From: an uncultured bacterium
GTDB lineage: Bacteria; Bacteroidota; Bacteroidia; Chitinophagales; Chitinophagaceae
Length of the DNA: 59,421 bases
NCBI GenBank assembly: GCA_965652775.1
Contig: CBFGXP010000001.1
Coordinates: forward strand, 1 to 59,421
Reading direction: 5' to 3'
Shown: positions 34,292 to 44,250 of the stretch, one piece after another
How positions within the stretch are numbered: the stretch's first letter is position 1
Layout: each line of letters begins with the position of its first letter
Position numbers and translations under genes: made by a program
The notes under the pieces: model-generated
What the model was told of the DNA's origin: nothing
What the model saw: the letters and a program-made list of their open reading frames with translations, nothing else
Databases searched by the model: none

Positions 34292-37200
34292 TTAATTGAT
34301 TACAATGATCCTGCTTAGCACACGGGTGCCATCACTCCATACAATTGTATAGACACCTGGTGTCATATAATTTAATGTCACATCGGTTCGAGCTGAATTA
34401 CGAACCGGTAAAATTGTTTTTACTTTTCTGCCAAGAATGTCATAAAAGCTTAATTCTGCATTCTTATTTGTAGAAGGATGTTTAATTATTAAAAAGTCTT
34501 TGGCGGGATTAGGATTTACAATAAGTTCTTTTGAATTAATGCTGCCGGGTCCACCAATACCGGTTACTGCATTATAGGTAAAGCCTGCAATGGTTACTGT
34601 TCCACCGGGTGTTGTTACACTCACATTTCCAGACGCACCACCAGCTACAATAGCTGTAATACTTGTTGACGAGTTTACATTAAATGATTGGGCAGCTATT
34701 CCACCAAAACTTACAGCAGTTGCCCCTGTAAAATTGGTACCGGCAATTGTAACCGAAGTTCCTGTTGTTCCACTTGTGGGTGTAAAAGAAGTAATTATTG
34801 GAGCAGGGGTAACATAAGTGAATCCCGCTATTGTAGCAGTGCCCGAAGGGGTCGTCACTGTGATCGTACCACTTGATCCGGCCGCAACTACGGCGGTGAT
34901 GCTTGTTGATGAATTTACAGTGAATGATTGTGCCGGCACTCCACCGAAACTTACGGCAGTCGCGCCGGTAAAATTCAATCCCGTAATTGTAATGATTGTT
35001 CCTGTAGTACCTGATTGCGGCGTAAAGGAATTGATGAAAATTCCGTTCGATAAATTTCTAAGGATTGAAATTGTCGCCGAATTCTTGTTTGACGAAGCTA
35101 TATCTGGTTTTCCATCCATATCAAAGTCTCCAAATGTTACACTGGATGGACCGCTGCCCACTGTAAAAGTCACCATTGGGGAAAATGAAATGGCACCAAC
35201 TGTGCTTATATTGCTAAAAACGGATACGGTTGATGTAAAGCTATTCGCAACCAGGATATCAAACTTACTATTACCATCAACATCAGCAAATGCTATAGAA
35301 TAAGGACCTCCTCCTGTAATAATTTCTATCTTATTAGCAAATGAAATGGTTGCTGGTATACTTGTATTTCTGAAAACTGACATCGTTCGGGTAATTTCAT
35401 TCACTAAAGCAACATCCGATTTACCATCGCCATCAATATCACCCACTATAAGCTTTCTGGTAAGATTACCTGTTGTAAGATTAACAACAGAGCTAAATGA
35501 AATTGCAGAGGCAGTTGATGTGTTCCTTAAAACGATCAACCGTCCGTCATTTCCGTCCAGGGGGTTCGAGCCAGCAGCTACTACAATATCTGGCTTTCCA
35601 TCCAAATCCATATCCGCAATTGCAACATCCTGGGGAAATACACCCGCCGCAAAAGTTAGAAATGGCGCAAAAGAAATTGTTCCAGCAGTACTTGTGTTTC
35701 TTAATACATATACCACCTGAGTGTATTCGCTGGCGATAGCGAGATCCGGCTTGCCATCTCCATTCAGATCACCAATGGCTGGCCTGAAACCGCCTAATGC
35801 AAATCCATTTAAAAGTATTTGATTATCGAATGTTATTGCAGTGCCGGTACTTGTATTTCGAAATATCGATAAACCAAATATATCAGCAGTGTTACCAGTG
35901 ATAAGATCAAGCTTGCCATCTCCATCCAGGTCACCAGAGATTGTATGGATCGGGCCAGCATTATCTGCAAGTGTAGTTCTAGGATCAAATGAGATCGTTC
36001 CGGGTGAACCTGAATTTTTATAGATCGTTACGAGGTCCGACCCTGAAACCCGGCTTGAAACAATTATATCCGATTTTCCATCTATGTTTAAATCTGCAGT
36101 TGAAATATGTACGGGCGATGTTGCTACTGCAGAATCGATCTTGGTTGCAAATGAGCTTGTCGTAAGAGATCCTATACCCGCAAATGTGGGTCTAAAAAAT
36201 TTGGGGGAATAACCAGTACGTGCATTTGTTGTTATGGAAATACGATCATGAGTAGCACCAATTGGTACATATACAACTAACGAACTGTCTGTTGCAGTCA
36301 ATATAGTTGCTCTTAGTGCTCCGAAATAAACAATGTTGTTTGCTGCAACAGGACTGAAGTTTGCACCTTTTATTGTTATTGAAGACCCGATAGTGCTTGT
36401 TTCAGGGCTAAATGAAGCGATCACTGGTGTTGTTGAATATATAAATTCATTAAAAGTTCCGGTACCTGAGGGACTGGTTACCGTTACATTTCCCGAAGCA
36501 GCTATACCAACCACTGCCGTTATACTTGTATTGGAATTAACAATGAATGATGTAGCAGAAACTCCTCCAATGATCACTGACGTTGCTCCTGTAAATCCAT
36601 AACCAGTTATATTTATTGTCATTCCACTTGATGCGATGGACGGGGACACTGATCCAATAATTGTTACCGGCGAACTAAAAGTAAATCCTGGTAAAGTAGC
36701 CGTTGCATTTTGTGAGGTTACACTTACTTCACCTGAAGCACCAGTACCGACTACAGCACTAATTTGATTTTGGGATACCACGTTAAATGAGCTTGCTGCA
36801 ACCCCGCCGAATTTAACTGATGATAAATTAATAAACCCTGAACCGTTTATTGTAACCGTGGTTCCGGTTGTGGCATTTGTTGGCGTAAACGATGTGATCA
36901 CTGGATTGTAATAAGTAAAGATGGAGCCCGAATTTGCTGTTCCGCCAGGTGTGGTAACAGATATCTGTCCAGTAGCACCGTTTGCTACAATCGCAGTAAT
37001 GCTTGTATTTGAATTTATATTGAAAGATGATGCAGGAATGCCACCAAAATTGACCGAGCTAACACCAATAAAATTTGTACCCGTGATTGTGACAGCAGTA
37101 CCTGTAGCTGCGACCATCGGATAATAGGTAACTATAGTTGGTGGGGGCTGCGCAAATGTAAATCCTGCTAACGTTGCTGTTCCGCCCAATGTATTGACCA

Positions 37201-40030
37201 GCACATTTCCGGAACTTCCATTTGCAACAATTGCAGTAATTGATGTGGTTGAGTTCACAGTAAAATTCGACGCACTTATACCGCCAAAGCTTACACCAGT
37301 AACAGCAACAAAATTGGTACCTGTAATTGTTACAGCGTTTCCGGTAGTAGCGGATGTGGGAGAGAATGAACTTATAGTTGGCTGAGGATATGTAAAAGTA
37401 AAATTAGCCGATGAAGACCCGGAACCATTAGGAGATGCAACAGTAATGGCACCTGGATTTCCAAAATTTGTTACAGCTGTTATCGTTGTTGAATTAACAA
37501 CAGTAAACGATTGTGCAGATATTCCTCCGAACTGAACAGCATACACACCTGTAAAATTTGTACCTGTGATCGTGACAGTTGTACCAGGTGGTCCTGATGT
37601 TGGTGAGAAAGAAGTGACTGATGGAGGTGGTACAAAACTGAATCCTCCCAATGATGAAGAACCATAAGACGTTGTTACTGCAACATTTCCCGATGCACCA
37701 TTGCCAACAACAGCAGTTATCGTTGTGGCATTTATTACATTGAATGATGTTGCGTTTGTTCCTCCAAAACTTACTGCAGTTACTCCAATAAAATTTGAGC
37801 CTGTAATAGTTACTACTGTTCCGAGCGGACCAGAAGAAGGATTAAATGAGGTAATGACTGGCGCGCCAACATAAGTAAACCCGGGCCTTGACCCGGTACC
37901 GTTGGGAGTAGTAACGACAACACTGCCTGACGCTCCTGCTCCAACAACTGCATTTATTCCTCCTTGACTTATAGCTGTAATTGAAGATGCAGGAACTCCG
38001 CCAAACGTTACTGAGGTGGCGCCTAAAAAATTTGAACCAGTAATTGAAACCGTTGTGCCCGTTCCTGCGACTGAAGGAGAAAATCCTGTAATCGAAGGAG
38101 GAGGTAAAAAGGTAAATCCTGGAAGACTTCCGCTACCAGATGGGCTAGATACAAACACATTTCCAGAACCTCCATTTCCAACAATAGCAGTTATTGTTGT
38201 TGAATTAACAACAGTAAATGATGCGGCAGGTGCAGCACCAAAATGAACTGCGGTTGCACCTGTAAAATTTGTACCAGTTATTGTAACTGTAGTTCCTGTA
38301 GCCGCACTTGTTGGTGTAAAAGATGTAACAGTAGGTATGCTTATATATGTAAATCCGGAGAGTGAATCAGTACCAAGCGGTGCAGTCACCACAACATTAC
38401 CGGAAGAACCAGCACCAATTACCGCATTTATTGTAAATGAATTGACAACAGTAAAAGATGCAGCCGGAACGCCACCAAAACTTACTGCAGTAGCCCCGGT
38501 AAAATTGTTGCCTACTATCGTTACATTCCCTCCACTTAAAGCTGATTGTGGACTAAATGAAGAAATAGCCGTAAGACCTGATTTATTTTTGAAAACAGAA
38601 ATTTTATCAGAAATAAAATTTGTAGTTATAAGTTCAGGTCTGCTATCTTCATTCAGATCAGCAATGCCTACTCCAAAAGGCGCAAAAGAATTAGACAACG
38701 GGCCATTAGAAAATGTAATTGATCCTACTGTACTATTGTTTTGATAGATAATAGTCCAATCCATGCCGGTATTTCCAAAAGCAAGATCAGGCTTTCCATC
38801 ACCATTAATATCGCCTGCAGATACATGATATGCACCACCAGTACCTGCAATCATATTATTAACAAGGGCGAAACTAATAGTGCCTGAAGTGCTACTATTT
38901 TTCGCTAGTCGTAAGGATGACGCATCAGTGGGAGTATAAATAGTAACCATGGCAAGATCCAGCTTATTATCGCCATCAAGGTCTGATACAATTAAACCGT
39001 GAGGTTCTGCATTAGCTTGAATTGTATAGTCAACTCTTGCAGCAAAACTTATACTCCCGACAGTGCTTGTATTTCTGAATATGGAATAAGAATATGAAAA
39101 TTGCTCGGTCACCGCAATGTCCTGTTTACCATTACCATCAAGATCAGCAATCACAATATCTTTAGGAGTAAGCATTGTCGCAAAATCAACTTTTGCGGCA
39201 AATGAAATTACTCCGGGCGTACTTGTATTTCTAAAAACAGAAATTGAATTATTAAGATGATTGGTCACAGCAACTTCAGGTTTACCATCACCATCTATAT
39301 CGCCTACTGCAATACCAAATACGCCATCAGTGGTAGCATAATCTATCTTGGGAGCAAAAGAAATGGCTCCGGGCACACTTGTATTCCTGAAAACAGAAAT
39401 ATTTATGTCAGATAAACTACAGGAGATAAGGTCAGGTTTACCATCACCATCTATATCACCTGATGCTAAGGTGTAAGTGACTGCACCATTATTTATGTTT
39501 TGCATTGCTGCAAATGAAATGGCTCCCCCTGTACTTGTATTTCTTAAAATTGAAATGGAAGCCGGTTGTCCTGCAATGCTATAATTATTTGGAGTAGCTA
39601 CATCAGGCTTACCATCGCCGTCAAGATCTGCAACCACTACACCATTTGGATGAAGATCAGTTGTAAAATCATTCTTAGGACCAAATGTTGTTGAATTAAA
39701 TGAACCGCCCCCACTATATGTTACAATGAAAGGCTTAAAAGAATATGCTGTTAATCCATTTACAGTAATCGTTATAGGCTGATAAGTAGTGCCAAAAGGT
39801 ACGGTAACCGTTAAAGAAGTTGCTGCAGCATTAGTAACATTTGCTTTTACTGCTCCAAAAAAAACAATATTGTTTGATGGTGTTGTGCTAAAGTTAGTAC
39901 CAGTAATTGTAACCGACGTACCAATCGGTCCGGAGGTTGGTGAAAAGGAACTAATAGTTGGTTGAGCTAAAATAGAAGAGGCACTAAAAATTGCAGTCAA
40001 AAGAAAAAAGTGCGGCTTTTGAATTCTCAT
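34292..40030 (-). CDS. giant secreted surface protein: 13 IPT/TIG domains, two 7-blade FG-GAP (VCBS/integrin-alpha-like) propellers, T9SS C-terminal sorting domain
   Basis: 1912 aa with a signal peptide. The motif xDxDGDGKPD occurs 7 times, twice over. The roughly 79-aa unit ITSFSPTSGxxGTxVTITGTNFTGATAVSFGG recurs 13 times. The C-terminal LIVNPNPAKDFLII...GVYTIVWSDG is typical of a T9SS type A CTD. Confidence 0.9.
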   Translation of the reverse strand: MRIQKPHFFLLTAIFSASSILAQPTISSFSPTSGPIGTSVTITGTNFSTTPSNNIVFFGAVKANVTNAAATSLTVTVPFGTTYQPITITVNGLTAYSFKPFIVTYSGGGSFNSTTFGPKNDFTTDLHPNGVVVADLDGDGKPDVATPNNYSIAGQPASISILRNTSTGGAISFAAMQNINNGAVTYTLASGDIDGDGKPDLISCSLSDINISVFRNTSVPGAISFAPKIDYATTDGVFGIAVGDIDGDGKPEVAVTNHLNNSISVFRNTSTPGVISFAAKVDFATMLTPKDIVIADLDGNGKQDIAVTEQFSYSYSIFRNTSTVGSISFAARVDYTIQANAEPHGLIVSDLDGDNKLDLAMVTIYTPTDASSLRLAKNSSTSGTISFALVNNMIAGTGGAYHVSAGDINGDGKPDLAFGNTGMDWTIIYQNNSTVGSITFSNGPLSNSFAPFGVGIADLNEDSRPELITTNFISDKISVFKNKSGLTAISSFSPQSALSGGNVTIVGNNFTGATAVSFGGVPAASFTVVNSFTINAVIGAGSSGNVVVTAPLGTDSLSGFTYISIPTVTSFTPTSAATGTTVTITGTNFTGATAVHFGAAPAASFTVVNSTTITAIVGNGGSGNVFVSSPSGSGSLPGFTFLPPPSITGFSPSVAGTGTTVSITGSNFLGATSVTFGGVPASSITAISQGGINAVVGAGASGSVVVTTPNGTGSRPGFTYVGAPVITSFNPSSGPLGTVVTITGSNFIGVTAVSFGGTNATSFNVINATTITAVVGNGASGNVAVTTSYGSSSLGGFSFVPPPSVTSFSPTSGPPGTTVTITGTNFTGVYAVQFGGISAQSFTVVNSTTITAVTNFGNPGAITVASPNGSGSSSANFTFTYPQPTISSFSPTSATTGNAVTITGTNFVAVTGVSFGGISASNFTVNSTTSITAIVANGSSGNVLVNTLGGTATLAGFTFAQPPPTIVTYYPMVAATGTAVTITGTNFIGVSSVNFGGIPASSFNINSNTSITAIVANGATGQISVTTPGGTANSGSIFTYYNPVITSFTPTNATTGTTVTINGSGFINLSSVKFGGVAASSFNVVSQNQISAVVGTGASGEVSVTSQNATATLPGFTFSSPVTIIGSVSPSIASSGMTINITGYGFTGATSVIIGGVSATSFIVNSNTSITAVVGIAASGNVTVTSPSGTGTFNEFIYSTTPVIASFSPETSTIGSSITIKGANFSPVAANNIVYFGALRATILTATDSSLVVYVPIGATHDRISITTNARTGYSPKFFRPTFAGIGSLTTSSFATKIDSAVATSPVHISTADLNIDGKSDIIVSSRVSGSDLVTIYKNSGSPGTISFDPRTTLADNAGPIHTISGDLDGDGKLDLITGNTADIFGLSIFRNTSTGTAITFDNQILLNGFALGGFRPAIGDLNGDGKPDLAIASEYTQVVYVLRNTSTAGTISFAPFLTFAAGVFPQDVAIADMDLDGKPDIVVAAGSNPLDGNDGRLIVLRNTSTASAISFSSVVNLTTGNLTRKLIVGDIDGDGKSDVALVNEITRTMSVFRNTSIPATISFANKIEIITGGGPYSIAFADVDGNSKFDILVANSFTSTVSVFSNISTVGAISFSPMVTFTVGSGPSSVTFGDFDMDGKPDIASSNKNSATISILRNLSNGIFINSFTPQSGTTGTIITITGLNFTGATAVSFGGVPAQSFTVNSSTSITAVVAAGSSGTITVTTPSGTATIAGFTYVTPAPIITSFTPTSGTTGTSVTIAGTNFTGATAVSFGGIAAQSFNVNSSTSITAIVAGGASGNVSVTTPGGTVTIAGFTYNAVTGIGGPGSINSKELIVNPNPAKDFLIIKHPSTNKNAELSFYDILGRKVKTILPVRNSARTDVTLNYMTPGVYTIVWSDGTRVLSRIIVIN
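36440..38575 (-). repeat. nine consecutive diverged repeats of about 237 nt (IPT/TIG domains 2-10) within the giant gene
   Basis: The protein-level unit (P)xITSFxPTSxxxGTxVTITGxNFxGxxxVxFGGxxAxSFxVxSxTxITAxVxxGxSGxVxVTTxxGTxxxxGFTF recurs back to back. Boundaries are approximate. Confidence 0.8.
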
Positions 40031-40063
40031 AATGGTCAGTTCTTATTCCAAGATACAACACAA

Positions 40064-40088
40064 ATAAAAAACCCCGCAATATGCGGGG
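40064..40088 (-). terminator. rho-independent terminator after clpC
   Basis: CCCCGCA (40072-40078) pairs with TGCGGGG (40082-40088). On the minus strand it is followed by TTTTTTATTT. Confidence 0.8.
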
Positions 40089-40107
40089 CTCTATTTGTGT
40101 CTTTATT

Positions 40108-42648
40108 TTATGCTTTTGATTTCTCTTCTTTTCCTTCTTTGCCTTGTTTCAAGGTGAACTTAAGCTTTTGATTCTCCTTATCAAGATCGGCGATCAATAT
40201 ATCACCTTGTTTTACTTGCATAGCAAGTATCTCCTCAGCCAGCGGATCTTCAAGGTATTTTTGAATTGCCCTGTGTAATGGTCTGGCCCCAAATTGCTGG
40301 TCATACCCTTTATCTGCTATAAACTGTTTTGCATCCTCTGTCAGTTCCATGCTGAATCCAAGATTGCTCAAACGTTTCATTACACTCTTCATCAGGATAT
40401 CAATAATCTGGAAAATATGCTCTCTTGTAAGTGAATTAAATATCACCACGTCATCGATCCTGTTAAGAAATTCAGGAGAGAAAGTACGTTTCAATGCTTT
40501 TTCAATAACAGCTTTATTACTTTCATCCAAGTTCTGTGTTTTTGCTGCGGTCGCAAAACCCACACCATCACCAAAATCCTTTAACTGGCGAACACCAATA
40601 TTTGATGTCATAATGATCATGCTGTTTTTGAAATCAACTTTTCTTCCGAGGCCATCTGTAAGCTGACCATCATCCAACACTTGTAACAAAATATTATAAA
40701 TATCAGGGTGAGCTTTTTCAATCTCATCCAGCAAGATCACACTGTAAGGTTTGCGGCGAACTTTCTCAGTCAACTGGCCGCCTTCTTCATAGCCTACATA
40801 ACCCGGAGGTGCGCCGATCAACCTGCTCACTGTGAATTTCTCCATGTATTCACTCATATCAATTCTAATCAATGCATCTTCACTATCGAACATATACCTT
40901 GCTAACGCTCTTGCCAGCTCCGTTTTACCCACACCCGTAGGCCCCAGGAAAATAAAAGTACCAATTGGCTTCTTCGGATCTTTTAATCCTACCCGATTAC
41001 GCTGAATTGCTTTTACTACTTTTTGTATGGCTTCATCCTGGCCAACCACCATATGTTTCATATCATCGCTCATACGACGAAGCTTTTCCGTTTCAGCCTG
41101 CACCATTCTTTTCACAGGTATTCCTGTCATCATACTCACTACTTCGGCAATTTCTTCTTCGCCGATCGGGTATTTTTTATGTTTGCTTTCTTCTTCCCAT
41201 TCGTTCTTTGCTTTTTCAAGCTCCTCTGCTAATCTCTTTTCAGTATCACGCAGTGAAGCTGCTTCTTCAAACTTCTGGCTTTTTACCACCTTATTCTTTT
41301 CATTCTTTACGTCTTCGATTTTCTTTTCAAGATCAAGAATATTTGGCGGCACATTGATATTTTTCAAATGCACCCTTGCTCCCACTTCATCCATCACGTC
41401 GATCGCTTTATCAGGAAGCAAACGGTCAGTCATATAACGATCGCTCAATTTTACACACGCTTCAATTGCGTCCACGGAATAAGATACGTTGTGATAATCC
41501 TCATACTTGCTTTGAATATTGGTAAGAATCATGATGGTTTCTTCCACCGTAGGAGGTTCTACCATCACTTTTTGAAAACGACGATCCAGGGCACCATCTT
41601 TCTCAATATACATTCTATATTCATCCAATGTAGATGCACCGATACATTGCAACTCACCTCTTGCTAATGCCGGTTTGAAGATATTTGATGCGTCAAGTGA
41701 ACCGCTGGCCCCACCGGCACCAACTATTGTATGGATCTCATCAATAAAAAGAATTACATCACGATTTTTCTCAAGCTCATTCATGATCGCTTTCATCCTT
41801 TCTTCAAACTGACCACGATATTTTGTACCTGCCACCAATGCAGCAAGATCAAGTGAAATAACTCTTTTATCATATAGTACACGGGAGACTTTTCTTTGCA
41901 CAATTCTTAACGCAAGTCCTTCAACAATTGCTGTTTTACCCACACCAGGCTCACCAATTAAGATCGGGTTATTCTTTTTACGACGTGATAGTATTTGGGA
42001 CACCCTTTCGATCTCTCTTTCACGACCAACGATCGGATCTAGTGCACCTGTCTCAGCAAGTCGTGTTATGTCCCTGCCGAAATTGTCAAGAACAGGTGTT
42101 TTGCTTTTGGCAGTACTTGCTGCTCCCTGGCGGCCACCTTTTTGCTGATACTTCTTTTCCTCATCAAAATCATCATCACCCTCATCGCTGAATTCAGCCC
42201 GGGGTTCATTGCTTCTTAATATTCCAATTTCATTTCTGAACAGGTCATAATCTACATCAAACTGATTTAAGATTTGTGTTGCTATGTTTTCTTTGTTCTT
42301 TAAAATTGAAAGCATAAGATGCTCGGTTTCCACTGTTGGGCTTTTCAAAGCTTTTGCCTCAAGTACAGTCACACGAATTACTTTTTCTGCCTGCTTAGTC
42401 AGCGGTAGACTATTTATATTGGCGATATTCTTCCCCGTTTTATCCTTTACAGCAAGCTCAATTTCCTTGCGCAATTCATAAAGGTCAACGTTGAAGCTCT
42501 TCAGGATCTTAACAGCAGTGTTTTCCCCTTCCCGGATCAGGCCAAGGAGGAGGTGTTCTGTCCCGATAAAATCATTTCCGAGCCTAAGCGCTTCTTCCCT
42601 GCTAAACGAAATGATTTCCTTTACTTGTGTTGAAAAGTTGTTATCCAT
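40108..42648 (-). CDS. clpC: ATP-dependent Clp protease ATP-binding subunit ClpC (class III AAA+)
   Basis: 846 aa with Clp_N repeats, two Walker A sites (GEPGVGKT, GPTGVGKT) and a UVR-like coil between the AAA modules. Confidence 0.9.
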   Translation of the reverse strand: MDNNFSTQVKEIISFSREEALRLGNDFIGTEHLLLGLIREGENTAVKILKSFNVDLYELRKEIELAVKDKTGKNIANINSLPLTKQAEKVIRVTVLEAKALKSPTVETEHLMLSILKNKENIATQILNQFDVDYDLFRNEIGILRSNEPRAEFSDEGDDDFDEEKKYQQKGGRQGAASTAKSKTPVLDNFGRDITRLAETGALDPIVGREREIERVSQILSRRKKNNPILIGEPGVGKTAIVEGLALRIVQRKVSRVLYDKRVISLDLAALVAGTKYRGQFEERMKAIMNELEKNRDVILFIDEIHTIVGAGGASGSLDASNIFKPALARGELQCIGASTLDEYRMYIEKDGALDRRFQKVMVEPPTVEETIMILTNIQSKYEDYHNVSYSVDAIEACVKLSDRYMTDRLLPDKAIDVMDEVGARVHLKNINVPPNILDLEKKIEDVKNEKNKVVKSQKFEEAASLRDTEKRLAEELEKAKNEWEEESKHKKYPIGEEEIAEVVSMMTGIPVKRMVQAETEKLRRMSDDMKHMVVGQDEAIQKVVKAIQRNRVGLKDPKKPIGTFIFLGPTGVGKTELARALARYMFDSEDALIRIDMSEYMEKFTVSRLIGAPPGYVGYEEGGQLTEKVRRKPYSVILLDEIEKAHPDIYNILLQVLDDGQLTDGLGRKVDFKNSMIIMTSNIGVRQLKDFGDGVGFATAAKTQNLDESNKAVIEKALKRTFSPEFLNRIDDVVIFNSLTREHIFQIIDILMKSVMKRLSNLGFSMELTEDAKQFIADKGYDQQFGARPLHRAIQKYLEDPLAEEILAMQVKQGDILIADLDKENQKLKFTLKQGKEGKEEKSKA

Positions 42649-42740
42649 ATTTAGATAATTGCTTGTGATACAATAATAACAAATATTTTTGGATACGGTT
42701 TGTCACTATTTATAAACGGAATGTTGATAATCTAAGTTGT

Positions 42741-43112
42741 ATGTTCAAAACAAATACCAAAGAAAAATTTCATGTCATCACCGTTTTGGCACAGTCCCTT
42801 ACTGCTGATATGGCAGCAGAACTTTCTGATTTGCTGCTCCCTTACCTCCAAAATGACGTGAAAAACATTATTCTTAATTTAAAAGAGCTACAATCATTAG
42901 ATGTCATTGCCGCTGAAAAGTTAGTTAAGCTTCAGCAAAATTTTTACGAAAAGAATTCCTCTTTTGTCATTTGCGAAATGCAACAGGCCGTTGAAGATTT
43001 TCTGGATAGCGTAAATCTCCTTGAAATGATGAACACCACACCGACCGAAAGCGAAGCTATGGATATTGTACAAATGGAGGAGATCGAAAGGGAGTTTTTA
43101 AACGAGGAATGA
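42741..43112 (+). CDS. STAS domain protein (anti-sigma-factor-antagonist-like)
   Basis: 123 aa with STAS-like alternation (IILNLKELQSLDVIAAEKLVKL). There is no Ser or Thr at the usual phosphorylation position. Confidence 0.6.
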   Translation: MFKTNTKEKFHVITVLAQSLTADMAAELSDLLLPYLQNDVKNIILNLKELQSLDVIAAEKLVKLQQNFYEKNSSFVICEMQQAVEDFLDSVNLLEMMNTTPTESEAMDIVQMEEIEREFLNEE

Positions 43113-43142
43113 AATTATTTTCCCAACTTAGGAAATTCCGTT

Positions 43143-43162
43143 GAGCTTCTCTTGCGACGCAC
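43143..43162 (-). repeat. GTGCGWCGCAA box (copy 4, reverse orientation)
   Basis: CTTGCGACGCAC is the reverse complement of GTGCGTCGCAAG. The flank CTTCT matches the copy at 31014-31030. Confidence 0.6.
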
Positions 43163-43195
43163 TCTTGCACGCCACTAATTCTATTCAGCCTTTTC

Positions 43196-43268
43196 GACAA
43201 TGGTCAATGGTGAATGGTCAAATCGTCCTGAGCTTCATTTTCACCATTGACCATTCACAATTGACGTC
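43196..43268. repeat. heptamer-periodic inverted-repeat element, family A
   Basis: AATGGTCAATGGTGA (43199-43213) pairs with TCACCATTGACCATT (43241-43255). The central TCCTGAGC core is shared, in opposite orientation, with the copies at 29571 and 33132. Confidence 0.8.
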
Positions 43269-43282
43269 GTACATTCGCCCCC

Positions 43283-44185
43283 ATGCTTTCAGTAACAATT
43301 CTCGGAAATAATTCAGCGGTGCCCGCTTTTGATCGGCACCCCACAAGCCAGGTAGTGACGCTTGATGGAAATAATTATTTAGTTGATTGTGGCGAAGGAA
43401 CACAAATACAAATGATAAAGTACAAGATCCGTCGCGGAAAGATATCTCATATTTTCATTTCACATCTTCACGGCGACCATTATTTCGGACTTGTTGGATT
43501 GATCAACAGCTTCGGGCTTTTAAGTCACACGCAGGATCTTCATGTATTTGGTCCGTCGCCTTTGCAGGAAATAATCGAGTTACAATTGAAGGTTGCCAAA
43601 ACGGTTTTGCCTTTCAATCTCTATTTCCATACCATCAATAAAGAAGGGTTGCTTATTGAAGACAGCAAGCTCGAGGTCCGTTGTTTTCGTACAAATCATC
43701 GGATCGAATGTTATGGTTTTTCTTTCCGAGAGAAAAAACTACCAAGAAAGATCGATGTTGAAAAAGTTAAGGCCGCAGAAATACCGGCTTCGTTTTATAA
43801 AAAGCTTGAGGAAGGAATGGATTATACCACCAAGAACGATGTATTGATAAAAAATGAAACACTAACAACGGAAGCTCCAAAAGGAAAAGCGTATGTTTTT
43901 TGCGCAGATACAAAATATGATGAAAGTTTACTGCCGCACCTTTATGAATCAGACCTGATCTACCATGAAACCACATATCTTGATCATCTAAAAGACATCG
44001 CCATTGAACGTTTTCATTCCACATCAAGCCAGGCGGCTTTGATAGCTAAAAAAGGAAGGGTAAAAAGACTGCTAATCGGCCATTTCAGCAGCAAATACCA
44101 CGAATTAGATGAATTTCAAAAAGAAGCAAGAGTGGTTTTTGAGAATACAGAGATTGCGCTGGAGGGGGTGACTTATCAGGTGTAA
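43283..44185 (+). CDS. rnz: ribonuclease Z
   Basis: 300 aa with ISHLHGDHYFGL (HxHxDH) and a metallo-beta-lactamase fold pattern. Confidence 0.9.
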   Translation: MLSVTILGNNSAVPAFDRHPTSQVVTLDGNNYLVDCGEGTQIQMIKYKIRRGKISHIFISHLHGDHYFGLVGLINSFGLLSHTQDLHVFGPSPLQEIIELQLKVAKTVLPFNLYFHTINKEGLLIEDSKLEVRCFRTNHRIECYGFSFREKKLPRKIDVEKVKAAEIPASFYKKLEEGMDYTTKNDVLIKNETLTTEAPKGKAYVFCADTKYDESLLPHLYESDLIYHETTYLDHLKDIAIERFHSTSSQAALIAKKGRVKRLLIGHFSSKYHELDEFQKEARVVFENTEIALEGVTYQV

Positions 44186-44250
44186 AGTCAAAAGTAAAAA
44201 TTCAAAAGTCAAAAACAGGACACCTTTTTACTTTTTATTTTTGAATTTTT
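44186..44250. repeat. heptamer-periodic inverted repeat, family C (AGTCAAA/AGTAAAA); probable bidirectional terminator
   Basis: AGTCAAA AGTAAAA ATTCAAA AGTCAAA faces TTTTTAC TTTTTAT TTTTGAA TTTTT. AAAAATTCAAAA (44196-44207) pairs with TTTTGAATTTTT (44239-44250). It lies between the rnz stop and the esterase stop. Confidence 0.65.

Noticed and set aside
34590-38744. About ten plus-strand ORFs (60-160 aa) antisense to the giant surface-protein gene
   Set aside because: They are repetitive V/T/P/A-rich mirror translations of the IPT/FG-GAP repeats. They have no independent start or promoter signals and lie entirely within a well-supported 1912-aa gene on the other strand.
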